The position numbers and the translations under genes were made by a program. From a virus, in the IMG/VR virus record IMGVR_UViG_3300024999_000073, positions 18,287 to 82,286 of that record: a DNA stretch of 64,000 bases; one strand, written 5' to 3'. Positions 49,416 to 58,652 of the stretch are shown piece by piece. Under the pieces are notes generated by a model. The model had not been told where the DNA came from. It worked only from the letters and a program-made list of their open reading frames with translations, and searched no databases. Numbering within the stretch: position 1 is the stretch's first letter; every line of letters starts with the position of its first letter.

Positions 49416-49738
49416 CAGAACAGATACCGATCAAACAACTCGCGAAGCTGATGAAAAAGATGCGCATTGACAATAACACCCTCGTCGCCATAAAATCTGG
49501 CACAGCATTAGCCGAGATGGGCACGCTTGCAGACATCAAGTTTATTATCGAAAAGTTGAAACTACAGAAAATCGCGTTTATCGTCGTCGATAATCTTGAT
49601 GACATTCGCACATTCCCGGAGGCTGATCTACAACGTGCGGGGTATTTTCGGGCATCGTTTATGCAACGTCTGACCGACAAGCGCGAGACAAATGTTCCGT
49701 CTCTTCATCCACCTATGTCAACGCCAGAACCACAATGA
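49412..49738 (+). CDS. Hypothetical protein
   Basis: Coupled ORF. Confidence 0.5.
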   Translation: MTEQIPIKQLAKLMKKMRIDNNTLVAIKSGTALAEMGTLADIKFIIEKLKLQKIAFIVVDNLDDIRTFPEADLQRAGYFRASFMQRLTDKRETNVPSLHPPMSTPEPQ

Positions 49739-50364
49739 AACACACAAGGATAGTTTTCGACGTTGGCGCTCACATCGGCGAGGGCATTGATTGGTATCTG
49801 GGGCATGGATTCTCGCATGTGGTAGCAATAGAACCGCTTCCATCGGCATTGGAAGAATTACACCACAAGTATGACGGTAATGAGCGCGTTATCATTGTTC
49901 CCAAAGCTGTTTCGGATGCGGTGGGTAAGGTTGTATTGCATTACGGGTTCAATACTTCTCTCTCGACTATTGAGACTCATTGGATGCAAGGACGTTTCAA
50001 GGGTTTTTCTTGGCCGAATTCGATAGGAGTAGAAGCAACGACTCTAGATTTACTCATCGCCGAGTTTGGTATTCCTGATCTGATTAAAGTTGACGTGGAA
50101 GGGCATGAGCTATTTGTATTCGCTGGTCTGAGCACTCCTGTCGAGTATATCATGTTCGAATATGTAGGAGAGTTTATCGATGACTCATTGGAAGTTGTGG
50201 AGGTGATCGCGGAACTGGGTTCGTATGAGTTCTGTCTTTATTTAGGAGAAAATGCGCGTATGGTAATCGACTACTTGCCATTCTCTAAGTTCGTTGAGGA
50301 ATTACGGAAATGGACAGGTGACAATTACGGCATGATTCATGCAAGATTAAAGGAAAAATCATGA
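49735..50364 (+). CDS. FkbM-family methyltransferase
   Basis: FDVGAHIG, IEP, TTLD, IKVDVEGHE. Confidence 0.85.
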   Translation: MKHTRIVFDVGAHIGEGIDWYLGHGFSHVVAIEPLPSALEELHHKYDGNERVIIVPKAVSDAVGKVVLHYGFNTSLSTIETHWMQGRFKGFSWPNSIGVEATTLDLLIAEFGIPDLIKVDVEGHELFVFAGLSTPVEYIMFEYVGEFIDDSLEVVEVIAELGSYEFCLYLGENARMVIDYLPFSKFVEELRKWTGDNYGMIHARLKEKS

Positions 50365-51248
50365 GAGACATAGGATTGTTCGACGGCACGTTTATGCACC
50401 AGGTTTCCTGCGGATTGGGCGGGGACTTAAATGGCGAAGGTTCACGCAATATAAGATGGATGCGCGGCCAGCATTTACCGATCACTTTTTACACCGATAC
50501 CAATCTCGAATTGGCGATTGATAAGCCTTCTGATGAACGCTCCATTGCATGGCTTTTAGAACCGCGCTGTTTCTCCGAAACCCATTACGAAAATGCCGAA
50601 AGAATGTTGGAGCATGGTTACTTTCAGTATGTTATTACCCATGAATACTATTTGGCTATGAATTTTCCTGGTTTTTTGTGGTGCCCAGTAGGTGGAGCAT
50701 GGGTTTACTCCGATCCTCTGGTAGTGAAATCTGAGAATATCTCTATGATTATTTCTGAGAAGGTTCGCACAGAAGGACATAAGCTGCGCCTGGAAATCAA
50801 GAAAGCTATTGAAGAGGTTGGATTGCCAGTTGATTTTTGGGGTCGTGGCGTGAAGCCCATGAAGTCCAAAGATGAGGCGCTCAAACCATATCGCTTCTCA
50901 ATTGTAGTAGAATCTTGTAAAATAGATGGTTATTTCACTGAAAAGCTAATAGATTGTTTTTTAAGTAGAACAGTTCCGCTATATTGGGGCGATAATACTA
51001 TTTCACAAATCTTCAATCCAGGGGGTATGTTTGAGCTTAGCGCCGACTTTGAATTTCACTCTATAAATGAATTGTTAGAGTTAATTCGAATATTGGACAC
51101 TCACAACCCCATAGCCAGAGAAGCTCATGATTATTTCTATCGTCGGGCACATCCAAGTCTTCTCGAAAACGCGATCATCGCACAAGATTATATGTGCCCA
51201 GAAGACTGGATGTGGAAGAACTTGCCGCAGGTATTTGACCATGATTGA
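50361..51248 (+). CDS. GT10 (alpha-1,3-fucosyltransferase-like) glycosyltransferase
   Basis: YRFSIVVES...YFTEKLIDCF...VPLYWG. Confidence 0.75.
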   Translation: MRDIGLFDGTFMHQVSCGLGGDLNGEGSRNIRWMRGQHLPITFYTDTNLELAIDKPSDERSIAWLLEPRCFSETHYENAERMLEHGYFQYVITHEYYLAMNFPGFLWCPVGGAWVYSDPLVVKSENISMIISEKVRTEGHKLRLEIKKAIEEVGLPVDFWGRGVKPMKSKDEALKPYRFSIVVESCKIDGYFTEKLIDCFLSRTVPLYWGDNTISQIFNPGGMFELSADFEFHSINELLELIRILDTHNPIAREAHDYFYRRAHPSLLENAIIAQDYMCPEDWMWKNLPQVFDHD

Positions 51249-51453
51249 AAACCGATACGCGGAAAAGGCGAATTATTGGGATACTACTGTACATCCCTCG
51301 AAGTCTCAGGCCGAAATCGTGGAGATGTTAGAGGAATTCGGTGCAGACTCCATCATGATCGCACAAGGACAGTCTAATCCGAACTAGATGTGTCTGTCTT
51401 CCAAGATGCCACACCTTTGCTTCCTCCTTTTATAGAGGGCAACTATGATTGAA
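51241..51453 (+). pseudogene. Probable internally deleted or frameshifted small gene
   Basis: MIENRY...KSQAEIVEMLEEFGA stops at 51387; an out-of-frame tail ELDVSVFQDATPLLPPFIEGNYD couples to the next ATG. Confidence 0.35.
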
Positions 51454-52227
51454 ATCTCTCCTGACCGCGCTGTTGTAGTGGTAGGTTATCCACGCTCTGG
51501 AAATACCTACCTGACTCGCATCCTCGGAGACGTTTTGAATTCTCCCATTGTTCCTTATAGAAACGCGAAGCCATTATCTACAGAAGGCGCAGATAGGCGT
51601 GGCCTTTTCAGAGTAATGCAACTTCACCTTCGCCCGATGATGGAAAAGGCCGACACTGGCCTGGTAGATGGTTGGACGTTCAGTATCCCCGCTGCGTCAG
51701 GTGAGCGTATTATTTCGATCATACGCGACCCACGTGACATAGCGGTTTCGAGCATGTTTTATTGGGATTTATCATCTATTGAAGCTACGATAATTGCTAT
51801 GAGAGATGGAACACCCCCGCTCAATGGCGTCGGCCCGTGGCATAAGTTTGTGGAGAGTTGGTTATCTGATGAAGTCTATAAAGCCACTAATTTCAGACAT
51901 GTTTCTGTTTGCTTTGAGACTCTCTTGCAAAGTCCATCTTTTACTATTCAGATCATTCTTAATCAACTGGATTTATCTTATGCACATGATAGACTTCCAG
52001 GTGTGATTGCGCGCCAGGCATTCTCAAACAGGCGCGCCGCCATCGAGAAGAACGGCGACTCTTTGGTATACGGAAAGTCTATACAACTAAAGGCAATGCG
52101 CAAGGGCGTCATTGGCGACTGGAAGAACTACTTTACGCCGAAAGACCACGATTTGATGGTAACTGCCTTTGGTGAAACTATGCAATGGCTTGGATATGAT
52201 AATTGGGAAGGATTGAAAGAGGCATGA
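51445..52227 (+). CDS. PAPS-dependent sulfotransferase
   Basis: 5'-PSB GYPRSGNT, 3'-PB RDPRDIAVS, RKGVIGDWKNYF. Confidence 0.9.
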   Translation: MIEISPDRAVVVVGYPRSGNTYLTRILGDVLNSPIVPYRNAKPLSTEGADRRGLFRVMQLHLRPMMEKADTGLVDGWTFSIPAASGERIISIIRDPRDIAVSSMFYWDLSSIEATIIAMRDGTPPLNGVGPWHKFVESWLSDEVYKATNFRHVSVCFETLLQSPSFTIQIILNQLDLSYAHDRLPGVIARQAFSNRRAAIEKNGDSLVYGKSIQLKAMRKGVIGDWKNYFTPKDHDLMVTAFGETMQWLGYDNWEGLKEA

Positions 52228-52671
52228 AATGGACGACAAACAAGGATGGACAAAGATCGGATTCACAGTCGACCTTCCGGCATTATTCGAGGAAATCTCC
52301 ATGAATGACCCGATAAGGTCTAATCGTGGAGCTCTTATGGGACTGAACCAAATCAAAGTAAAGCTGGATAAGATTGCAAAAAGAGCTATCGAAATCAACG
52401 ACTTCTATATTCTAGAACAGTTAGAGGCAATCGGAGTCGTCAATAGAGAGAAAGAACCGAAGGATGGTTAGAATGGAAATCCACACCAGGGACGGCATCA
52501 CAGTCCAATGGTATCTTGATCGTAGCTGGCACGTATGCGAAGAAGTCTTCGACATGGTGCCAGGTGCCATAGCAGAATTTGAGAAACTGCAAAAACAAGG
52601 CAATGTCGTTCGCACTGCTTATGTCGAAAAGAAGTTCCGAGTATTTTATATGAGTCACGAGGAGTATAAAA

Positions 52672-53223
52672 ATGTCACTAAAGGCATATCAGTTGGCCGG
52701 GCCGAATCCGTGCCCGATGACAATAGCAGAAGTTGATGCTCTGGCAGAGATCGCCAAGAAACTACCGCCATGGCCAGTCATCATAAATATTGGTGCAGAC
52801 GTAGGGTGCTCTACACTTACCCTGTTGGAAACCTGCCCGGACGCCACGATCTTCTCAATCGATGTGCGCCCATGCGAAGCCGAGAAAAGAAACATTTCTT
52901 TGGCAGGATTACCTGAAAGTCAAGTTATCCGAATTCTTGGTAAAAGCGAGTCCACTGGTTTCCTTTGGGAGAATGTCTGTAAAGTTAACCTTGTTTTTGT
53001 CGACGGCGATCACAGCAAGGAAGGTGTTCTCGCAGATATAAGAGCCTGGTGGGATCATATCAAAAAGGGTGGATACCTGGTATTCCATGACTACATTCCC
53101 GAACCTATTCCTCCTGAAATATTAGGACGTGTGGTCTATGCTGTCGACGATAATCCTATCTTGGAGCAGAACTTCAAAGAGGTATTATGGGTAGAAAGAC
53201 TCAAGGCGTTTCAAAAGAAATAG
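52672..53223 (+). CDS. Class I SAM methyltransferase (Methyltransf_24-like)
   Basis: NIGADVGCS, FVDGDHS, FHDY. Confidence 0.8.
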   Translation: MSLKAYQLAGPNPCPMTIAEVDALAEIAKKLPPWPVIINIGADVGCSTLTLLETCPDATIFSIDVRPCEAEKRNISLAGLPESQVIRILGKSESTGFLWENVCKVNLVFVDGDHSKEGVLADIRAWWDHIKKGGYLVFHDYIPEPIPPEILGRVVYAVDDNPILEQNFKEVLWVERLKAFQKK

Positions 53224-53822
53224 ACGCCATTATCCAGGCTGATAAGGGTTTCCAGAGAGTTCTAACGGCGCTCCGCCCATTCGATGAACTCCCGCTTCCG
53301 CGCGTACACAAGCTCTGGTCGTTCTATACTCTTGCTAAGATTGCATATCACAGAGGTGTTATCGTAGAGTTAGGCACATGGCGCGCCTTTGGTCTGGTTG
53401 CTTTATCCTACGGTAGCTTGGCTGGAAGTGAAGTCCAGGTCTTCTCTGTGGATAATTACAATATGAAAGATTGGGCAGGCGTTGAATATACCAATGCTGA
53501 CTATGAGATTGCACAAAAGGTTCTGCTGAGTGCAGGTATAGAAGATGATAGGATTTTCCGCGGAGATTTCATACAAATCGCTGAGAGATGGAAAGCGCCT
53601 GTGAGTTTACTTGTGTGGGACGGAGGTAATCACAATATTTTTGCAGAGATAATGGCCTGGGAACATTTTGTAATTCCTGGCGGTATCATAGCCTTGCACG
53701 ATACCTATGCTAATGATCTGGATAGCCGTTCGATTTCGCTCCACCTCGTAGACAAACATGGTTATATCTGTGATCCAGAACCAATGTCGGGCTGTGTGAT
53801 TATACTGGAAAAATGCCAATGA
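53187..53822 (+). CDS. Class I SAM methyltransferase (Methyltransf_24-like)
   Basis: VELGTW, LVWDG, PGGIIALHD. Confidence 0.75.
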   Translation: MGRKTQGVSKEIDAIIQADKGFQRVLTALRPFDELPLPRVHKLWSFYTLAKIAYHRGVIVELGTWRAFGLVALSYGSLAGSEVQVFSVDNYNMKDWAGVEYTNADYEIAQKVLLSAGIEDDRIFRGDFIQIAERWKAPVSLLVWDGGNHNIFAEIMAWEHFVIPGGIIALHDTYANDLDSRSISLHLVDKHGYICDPEPMSGCVIILEKCQ

Positions 53823-54565
53823 GAGCCATCATTTATATTGCAGACAAAGACCGTTATTATGCTCAGGCGGCGTGCTCCGCTGAAAGTGTGCGAAAGTTCA
53901 CGCCTAATGTGAAAATTTTCTTGTTCACGCCTAAAGCGCATATCGACTCGCCCCATTTCGGAAAGTTTGATAAGGTGATACCGGTTGCTTTTCAAGGCCA
54001 GGATCGCCATAATTGGTATTATAAACAGACCGTTTACACCATCATTGCCTGCCAGGATTTGATAGCAATGGGGATCGAGCGGGCATTGTATCTGGATTGT
54101 GATACTTATGCGTGTGCACCTATAGCCGATCTGTTCAACCTGACTACAATGTTCAACTTTGCAGGTGCGCAAGCCCCGCGCAGGTTCACAGCTAAGACCG
54201 CTGATGTGGTCCCGGACTGGTTTCCAGAGTTCAACATCGGTGTAAACCCCATGCGCATCGATGCGGCTATGGTGGACTTCTGGAGCGCAGTAGCAGAGGA
54301 GTATGATAAGAACGAAGAACGTTATGGCGCAGACGATCAACATGCTTTGCGGGTAACGCTCTGGAATTATGCCTGTAGTAAACCAGAATTCAGGGTTCAC
54401 ACCTTACCGGATGAATATAATTGCCGGTTCTGCTTCCCGGTCTCTGTTGGGAAAGAAGTGAAAATATTGCACGGCATACCCGCAGAAACTAATTACGAGA
54501 ACATTCGCAGCATTATCAACGAACATCCTGGAGCTATTCGTGGATGGGCGGAGGGATTAAAGTGA
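53813..54565 (+). CDS. GT8-like glycosyltransferase
   Basis: YLDCD (DxD), FNIGV, DQHALR, LPDEYN. Confidence 0.75.
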   Translation: MPMRAIIYIADKDRYYAQAACSAESVRKFTPNVKIFLFTPKAHIDSPHFGKFDKVIPVAFQGQDRHNWYYKQTVYTIIACQDLIAMGIERALYLDCDTYACAPIADLFNLTTMFNFAGAQAPRRFTAKTADVVPDWFPEFNIGVNPMRIDAAMVDFWSAVAEEYDKNEERYGADDQHALRVTLWNYACSKPEFRVHTLPDEYNCRFCFPVSVGKEVKILHGIPAETNYENIRSIINEHPGAIRGWAEGLK

Positions 54566-55032
54566 GCGAATACGAAACTGCGAGTGAGATCGAAATCGCA
54601 ATTGCACGTCATTTTGGCATTCCCTCACATCTGTCTATACCTAATGTGAGTTGGGGTTTCTTTATCCATGAATGTGACGTCGCTGTTGTGACTCCATCAC
54701 ACTATTTTTATGAAGTAGAAATTAAGATATCAAAACAAGACCTGATTAGGGATAAAGAGAAACATCATGGGCATGAAGATGAAAGGATAAAGCAACTTTG
54801 GTTTGCAATTCCAGAAAAGTTACTGCCTTATATCGAACACATCCCCGACCATGCAGGCATTCTTATGGTTTCAAAGAAAGGTTACATCAAACGCATTAAG
54901 CCTGCCAGAATCAATAAATATGTGCAACCTCTGACAGAGAAAGACTGCTATAGACTTGCAAGGCTTGGAGCTATGCGCATTTGGAGTTTGAAGGAACGTA
55001 TTAAGGAACTAGAAACGAGAGTGAACAAATGA
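54562..55032 (+). CDS. PD-(D/E)XK nuclease-like (MmcB-related) protein
   Basis: HECDV...YEVEIKISKQDL. Confidence 0.6.
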   Translation: MSEYETASEIEIAIARHFGIPSHLSIPNVSWGFFIHECDVAVVTPSHYFYEVEIKISKQDLIRDKEKHHGHEDERIKQLWFAIPEKLLPYIEHIPDHAGILMVSKKGYIKRIKPARINKYVQPLTEKDCYRLARLGAMRIWSLKERIKELETRVNK

Positions 55033-55313
55033 CCATCAAACCGCAGGGAAACATCGAAAGATATAACAAGCCTCGGCCAGGAACAATGTATGCAATTGAG
55101 CCAGTCATTGAGATTGCATCTTGGTGTCGTGATAAAGAGGCCAAATTACCGCCAGAACAACTGCACTTGATTATGCATGTTGATTTTCTTGAACATCCAA
55201 TCCTGGCTAGATTCAAGTCTCCCGACACCTTAGGTTTTATGATTGAAGAACTCACTCGATATCGCCGTGAAATATGGCCTGATTCAGACTTGATAACGGG
55301 AGAAAAGCCATGA
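55029..55313 (+). CDS. Hypothetical protein
   Basis: Coupled ORF. Confidence 0.5.
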   Translation: MTIKPQGNIERYNKPRPGTMYAIEPVIEIASWCRDKEAKLPPEQLHLIMHVDFLEHPILARFKSPDTLGFMIEELTRYRREIWPDSDLITGEKP

Positions 55314-55717
55314 GTCAAATATTGACAATCGAAACGCATGTTGATGAGCGCGGCAAGCTCGGCGTGGTTGAGGATTTCAATATCTTCCCGATCAAGCGCG
55401 TGTTCTGGGTGTATGGCATGAAAGGGACTCCGCAGCGTGGAAAGCATTTGCATAAATCTTGCAGTCAATTCTTGGTGTGTTTGCAGGGATGGGTGCGTGT
55501 GAACATCTCCATAGACCCACCCCTCACCCCCCATCTTTTTTCTACGCATCACGTTCTTGAAGCCGATAAGAACAAAGGTCTATTGCTAACGCCTGGGGAA
55601 TTCCTGGAATATACTCTAAGCGAAGACGGGATTTTGCTGGTGTTAGCATCCGAATATTATATGCCTGAAGAATGCGTTTCCTACGCCCAAGAAGATATTG
55701 TGTATTCCATTAATTGA
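55310..55717 (+). CDS. fdtA: dTDP-sugar 3,4-ketoisomerase (FdtA/QdtA cupin)
   Basis: DERGKL, IKRVFWVY, RGKHLHK, LLVLASEYY. Confidence 0.8.
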   Translation: MSQILTIETHVDERGKLGVVEDFNIFPIKRVFWVYGMKGTPQRGKHLHKSCSQFLVCLQGWVRVNISIDPPLTPHLFSTHHVLEADKNKGLLLTPGEFLEYTLSEDGILLVLASEYYMPEECVSYAQEDIVYSIN

Positions 55718-55726
55718 GAGGCTACT

Positions 55727-56842
55727 ATGAGAGTAAAAATGCACGATCTGACCTTGTTAGAGAAGGACATTAACGAGGAGTTTCTCTCCACGATTGCGGC
55801 TGAGAGGACTTGTAACGTCATCAAGAACGGCGTTTACTTGAAAGGCCCGCAGAACGCGGCTTTCGAGCAAGAGTTCCTACAAACCATCCTCGACTTCAAT
55901 GGGACCGGGATTTCTGCTATGGGCGTAGGCAATGGTTTCGATGGCCTGCAGATCGCCTTGCGTTCGCTTGGAATCGGGCGCGGCGACGACGTACTCGTGC
56001 CCTGGAATGCGCCGCTGCCTGTATGGATGGCGGTGACGATCACCGGCGCTCGTCTTATTCCATTGTACGCAAACGTTTGGGGCGTAATTGATGAAGATAG
56101 CATTCAGAAGATTACCCAACGTGTTCAAGCGATCATCGTTGTTCACATGTATGGTTATCCCGCGGATGTAGATACTATTCGATCTGTTTTACCAAAAGAG
56201 GTAACAATCATCGAAGATTGTAGCCATGCTCATGGGGCTGAGATCAACGGTAAAAAGGTGGGAACATTCGGAGATATTGCTGTGTTCTCATGCTATCCCA
56301 CAAAGCCATTAGGCGCGCTCGGAGACGCGGGAGTGATCGTTGCTCCCACCAAGCAGATTGAAACTATGCGAATGATCGCAGAATATGGTGGCGGCTATTT
56401 CAGGGGCATTAACTCACGCCTGGATGAACTACAGGCGGTCTATCTGCGCCTCAAGCTCCCCTATGTTGAGAAGTGGAATGCAATGCGCGCTCATAACGCC
56501 GAATTCTACTGGGGACGTCTGAAAGACCTTTACAATTCCATCAGCATGATTTTGCCAGCAAAACACCCCGGCCACGTATGGCACCAATTTGTGATACTTC
56601 ATGAGAAGCGTGATGAGTTGAGGCGGTTCCTGTCCGAGCGCGGTATTGAGACAGGAATCCATTACGATCCGTTCCCGCCTAACACGCCTGTTTACCGGCA
56701 TTCTGTATCAGCCAATGTAAAGAAAGATGCAGCATTCCTGTCATCTAAGGTACTCAGCCTTCCCGTAGGCCAGCATCTTGATGATGAGGATTTAGAATAC
56801 GTTTGCCAGGCGATTCTAGACTTCGAGGCGAAAGGCCACTAA
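55727..56842 (+). CDS. fdtB: DegT/DnrJ/EryC1/StrS aminotransferase (FdtB-like)
   Basis: GVGNG, EDCSHAHGA, SCYPTKPLGALGDAG, NSRLDELQA. Confidence 0.85.
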   Translation: MRVKMHDLTLLEKDINEEFLSTIAAERTCNVIKNGVYLKGPQNAAFEQEFLQTILDFNGTGISAMGVGNGFDGLQIALRSLGIGRGDDVLVPWNAPLPVWMAVTITGARLIPLYANVWGVIDEDSIQKITQRVQAIIVVHMYGYPADVDTIRSVLPKEVTIIEDCSHAHGAEINGKKVGTFGDIAVFSCYPTKPLGALGDAGVIVAPTKQIETMRMIAEYGGGYFRGINSRLDELQAVYLRLKLPYVEKWNAMRAHNAEFYWGRLKDLYNSISMILPAKHPGHVWHQFVILHEKRDELRRFLSERGIETGIHYDPFPPNTPVYRHSVSANVKKDAAFLSSKVLSLPVGQHLDDEDLEYVCQAILDFEAKGH

Positions 56843-57786
56843 TGGAAAATCTACGTGTACTCATGTTGCCACAGTTAGCCAGATTTGCGGGAGATGAATC
56901 TGGGATCAAAAGAGTTGTAGAGCATTACCACGCTCTTTCCCATGAGTTCTCTATCGAGTTCGTTGATATTCCTGTGGAAGAGGAAGAAAACTATGATGTG
57001 ATGGCTGTCCACGCCGGTTCTACGGACAGATGGCCCAAACACAAGCCTTTACTTTCGATCTGTCACGGCTTGTACTGGGATGCAGATTCTACAGCGGCGT
57101 GGCAATTCGACGCCAATGTGAATGTGATAGAATGTCTCCGCAGGGCTACGGTTATAACCGTGCCTAGCAATTGGGTTGCTGAAACGCTCAGGCGCGAACT
57201 GCGTGTGCAGCCTGTGATTCTTCCTCATGGCATAGACTGGGAGGCCTGGCAGCACTCAGAACCTAATGACGGCTACGTGCTCTGGAATAAAAACCGGCCT
57301 GGGGATGTGTGTGATCCAAAACCAGTGGCTGAATTGGCGGGAATGTTCACGGATTTACGCTTTATCACTACTTTTGCTCCAGAAGGAACTGAGTTGCCAA
57401 ACCTGGTAATCACGGGCGTGATCGGCCATGCGGTAATGAGAACGATGATACAACGCGCTGGAGTTTACCTGTCATCCACGAAAGAAACTTTTGGTATCGG
57501 TATCCTTGAAGCAATGGCCGCCGGAATTCCAGTATTAGGGTACGCATGGGGTGGTAATCTAGACCTGGTGAAACATGGGATCACGGGTTATCTGGCGGCT
57601 CCCAACAACCCGGATGATCTCGCTCAGGGGTTGCGGTTCTGCCTGAAACATCGGGGAATCTTGGGGCATAATGCCAGAATTGATGCCAAGAACTTCACCT
57701 GGCGCAACTCCATGACCATCTTGCGCTCAGCCCTCGATCAGTGTATGGCTATTTACCGAGACTATCAGCGCCCGATGTTCCTTTAG
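56842..57786 (+). CDS. GT4 glycosyltransferase
   Basis: ETFGIGILEAMAAGIPV. Confidence 0.85.
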   Translation: MENLRVLMLPQLARFAGDESGIKRVVEHYHALSHEFSIEFVDIPVEEEENYDVMAVHAGSTDRWPKHKPLLSICHGLYWDADSTAAWQFDANVNVIECLRRATVITVPSNWVAETLRRELRVQPVILPHGIDWEAWQHSEPNDGYVLWNKNRPGDVCDPKPVAELAGMFTDLRFITTFAPEGTELPNLVITGVIGHAVMRTMIQRAGVYLSSTKETFGIGILEAMAAGIPVLGYAWGGNLDLVKHGITGYLAAPNNPDDLAQGLRFCLKHRGILGHNARIDAKNFTWRNSMTILRSALDQCMAIYRDYQRPMFL

Positions 57787-58492
57787 AGCAAATATCAAAG
57801 AGGGGTTGTAGGTCGCTTTCGTCAAGCGAACGCCTGAACTCAATATCAAACTCGATCGCAGACGCTCTCGCAGACGCTCTACGAATGCTAAGCCACGCCT
57901 CGAACAACTGTCTGAGAAGTGCGCCGCCTATCCTTACGTTCGTGAATATGGTGTCGATGCCCATCATAGACATCTGATCCCCGAAGGTCTTGAGTTCCAT
58001 AATTTCTGTGTTCTCGATAAAGCTGCCAACGTCGAAGGCCACGCAGTCGATAAGTCCAGCCCTTATCAGAGTCCCGATCCTGGCGCTGATTGCCATCGTA
58101 ATATGGCTGGTAGAGTAGACAATCTTGATACAATCATTTGGGCAAAACCCGTTTGCAATATTACCTGCCGATGTGTAGGCATGGTCTAGGTAGCTATCTC
58201 CAATGGTGTAAGACCACAGGCACGGCACCAATAGGCCATCGCAGTCGTGGGCATCATGGGTAACGATCATGTATTGCGGCTGTTTTCGGACTTCTCTAAC
58301 AAGCATCTCAAGAGTCCAAGCAACATATTTGTTTACTACCTTATCGCCATCGGCCTTACGCTCCTTGCGCCATTCCCGGATTTTTGCCTGAGTTGGGTAA
58401 CGATCAAACTCAGATAGAGGCACACGCCCGATCCTGGGCTTGCAGGTGCGCCCGATCTCCTGTAGTTTTGTATCCAGATCATCAATATTCAT
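57749..58492 (-). CDS. Hypothetical protein inserted antisense in the glycosylation cluster
   Basis: 247 aa, GGAGG RBS, own promoter at 58516. Confidence 0.6.
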   Translation of the reverse strand: MNIDDLDTKLQEIGRTCKPRIGRVPLSEFDRYPTQAKIREWRKERKADGDKVVNKYVAWTLEMLVREVRKQPQYMIVTHDAHDCDGLLVPCLWSYTIGDSYLDHAYTSAGNIANGFCPNDCIKIVYSTSHITMAISARIGTLIRAGLIDCVAFDVGSFIENTEIMELKTFGDQMSMMGIDTIFTNVRIGGALLRQLFEAWLSIRRASARASAIEFDIEFRRSLDESDLQPLFDICSKGTSGADSLGK

Positions 58493-58510
58493 ACGAAGCC
58501 TCCGCCAGAG

Positions 58511-58636
58511 ATTATACAGGCAATCGGGAGATAAAAAGAGTGGGTTTTTGGGCTGTTTACTAATCCTGCGAATATTCCCACAATTAGAAGATTGCCTGTC
58601 TTAGCAGATAAAATTCATGCCTCAACCGAGTATAAT
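58511..58636. promoter_or_regulatory. Symmetric divergent promoter pair centred on TGCGAATATTCCCA (58567-58580)
   Basis: TATAAT on - at 58516-58511 and on + at 58631-58636, both offset 64; 21 nt identical to the 48020-48040 site. Confidence 0.75.
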
Positions 58637-58652
58637 GTGGGTGGAGGACATC

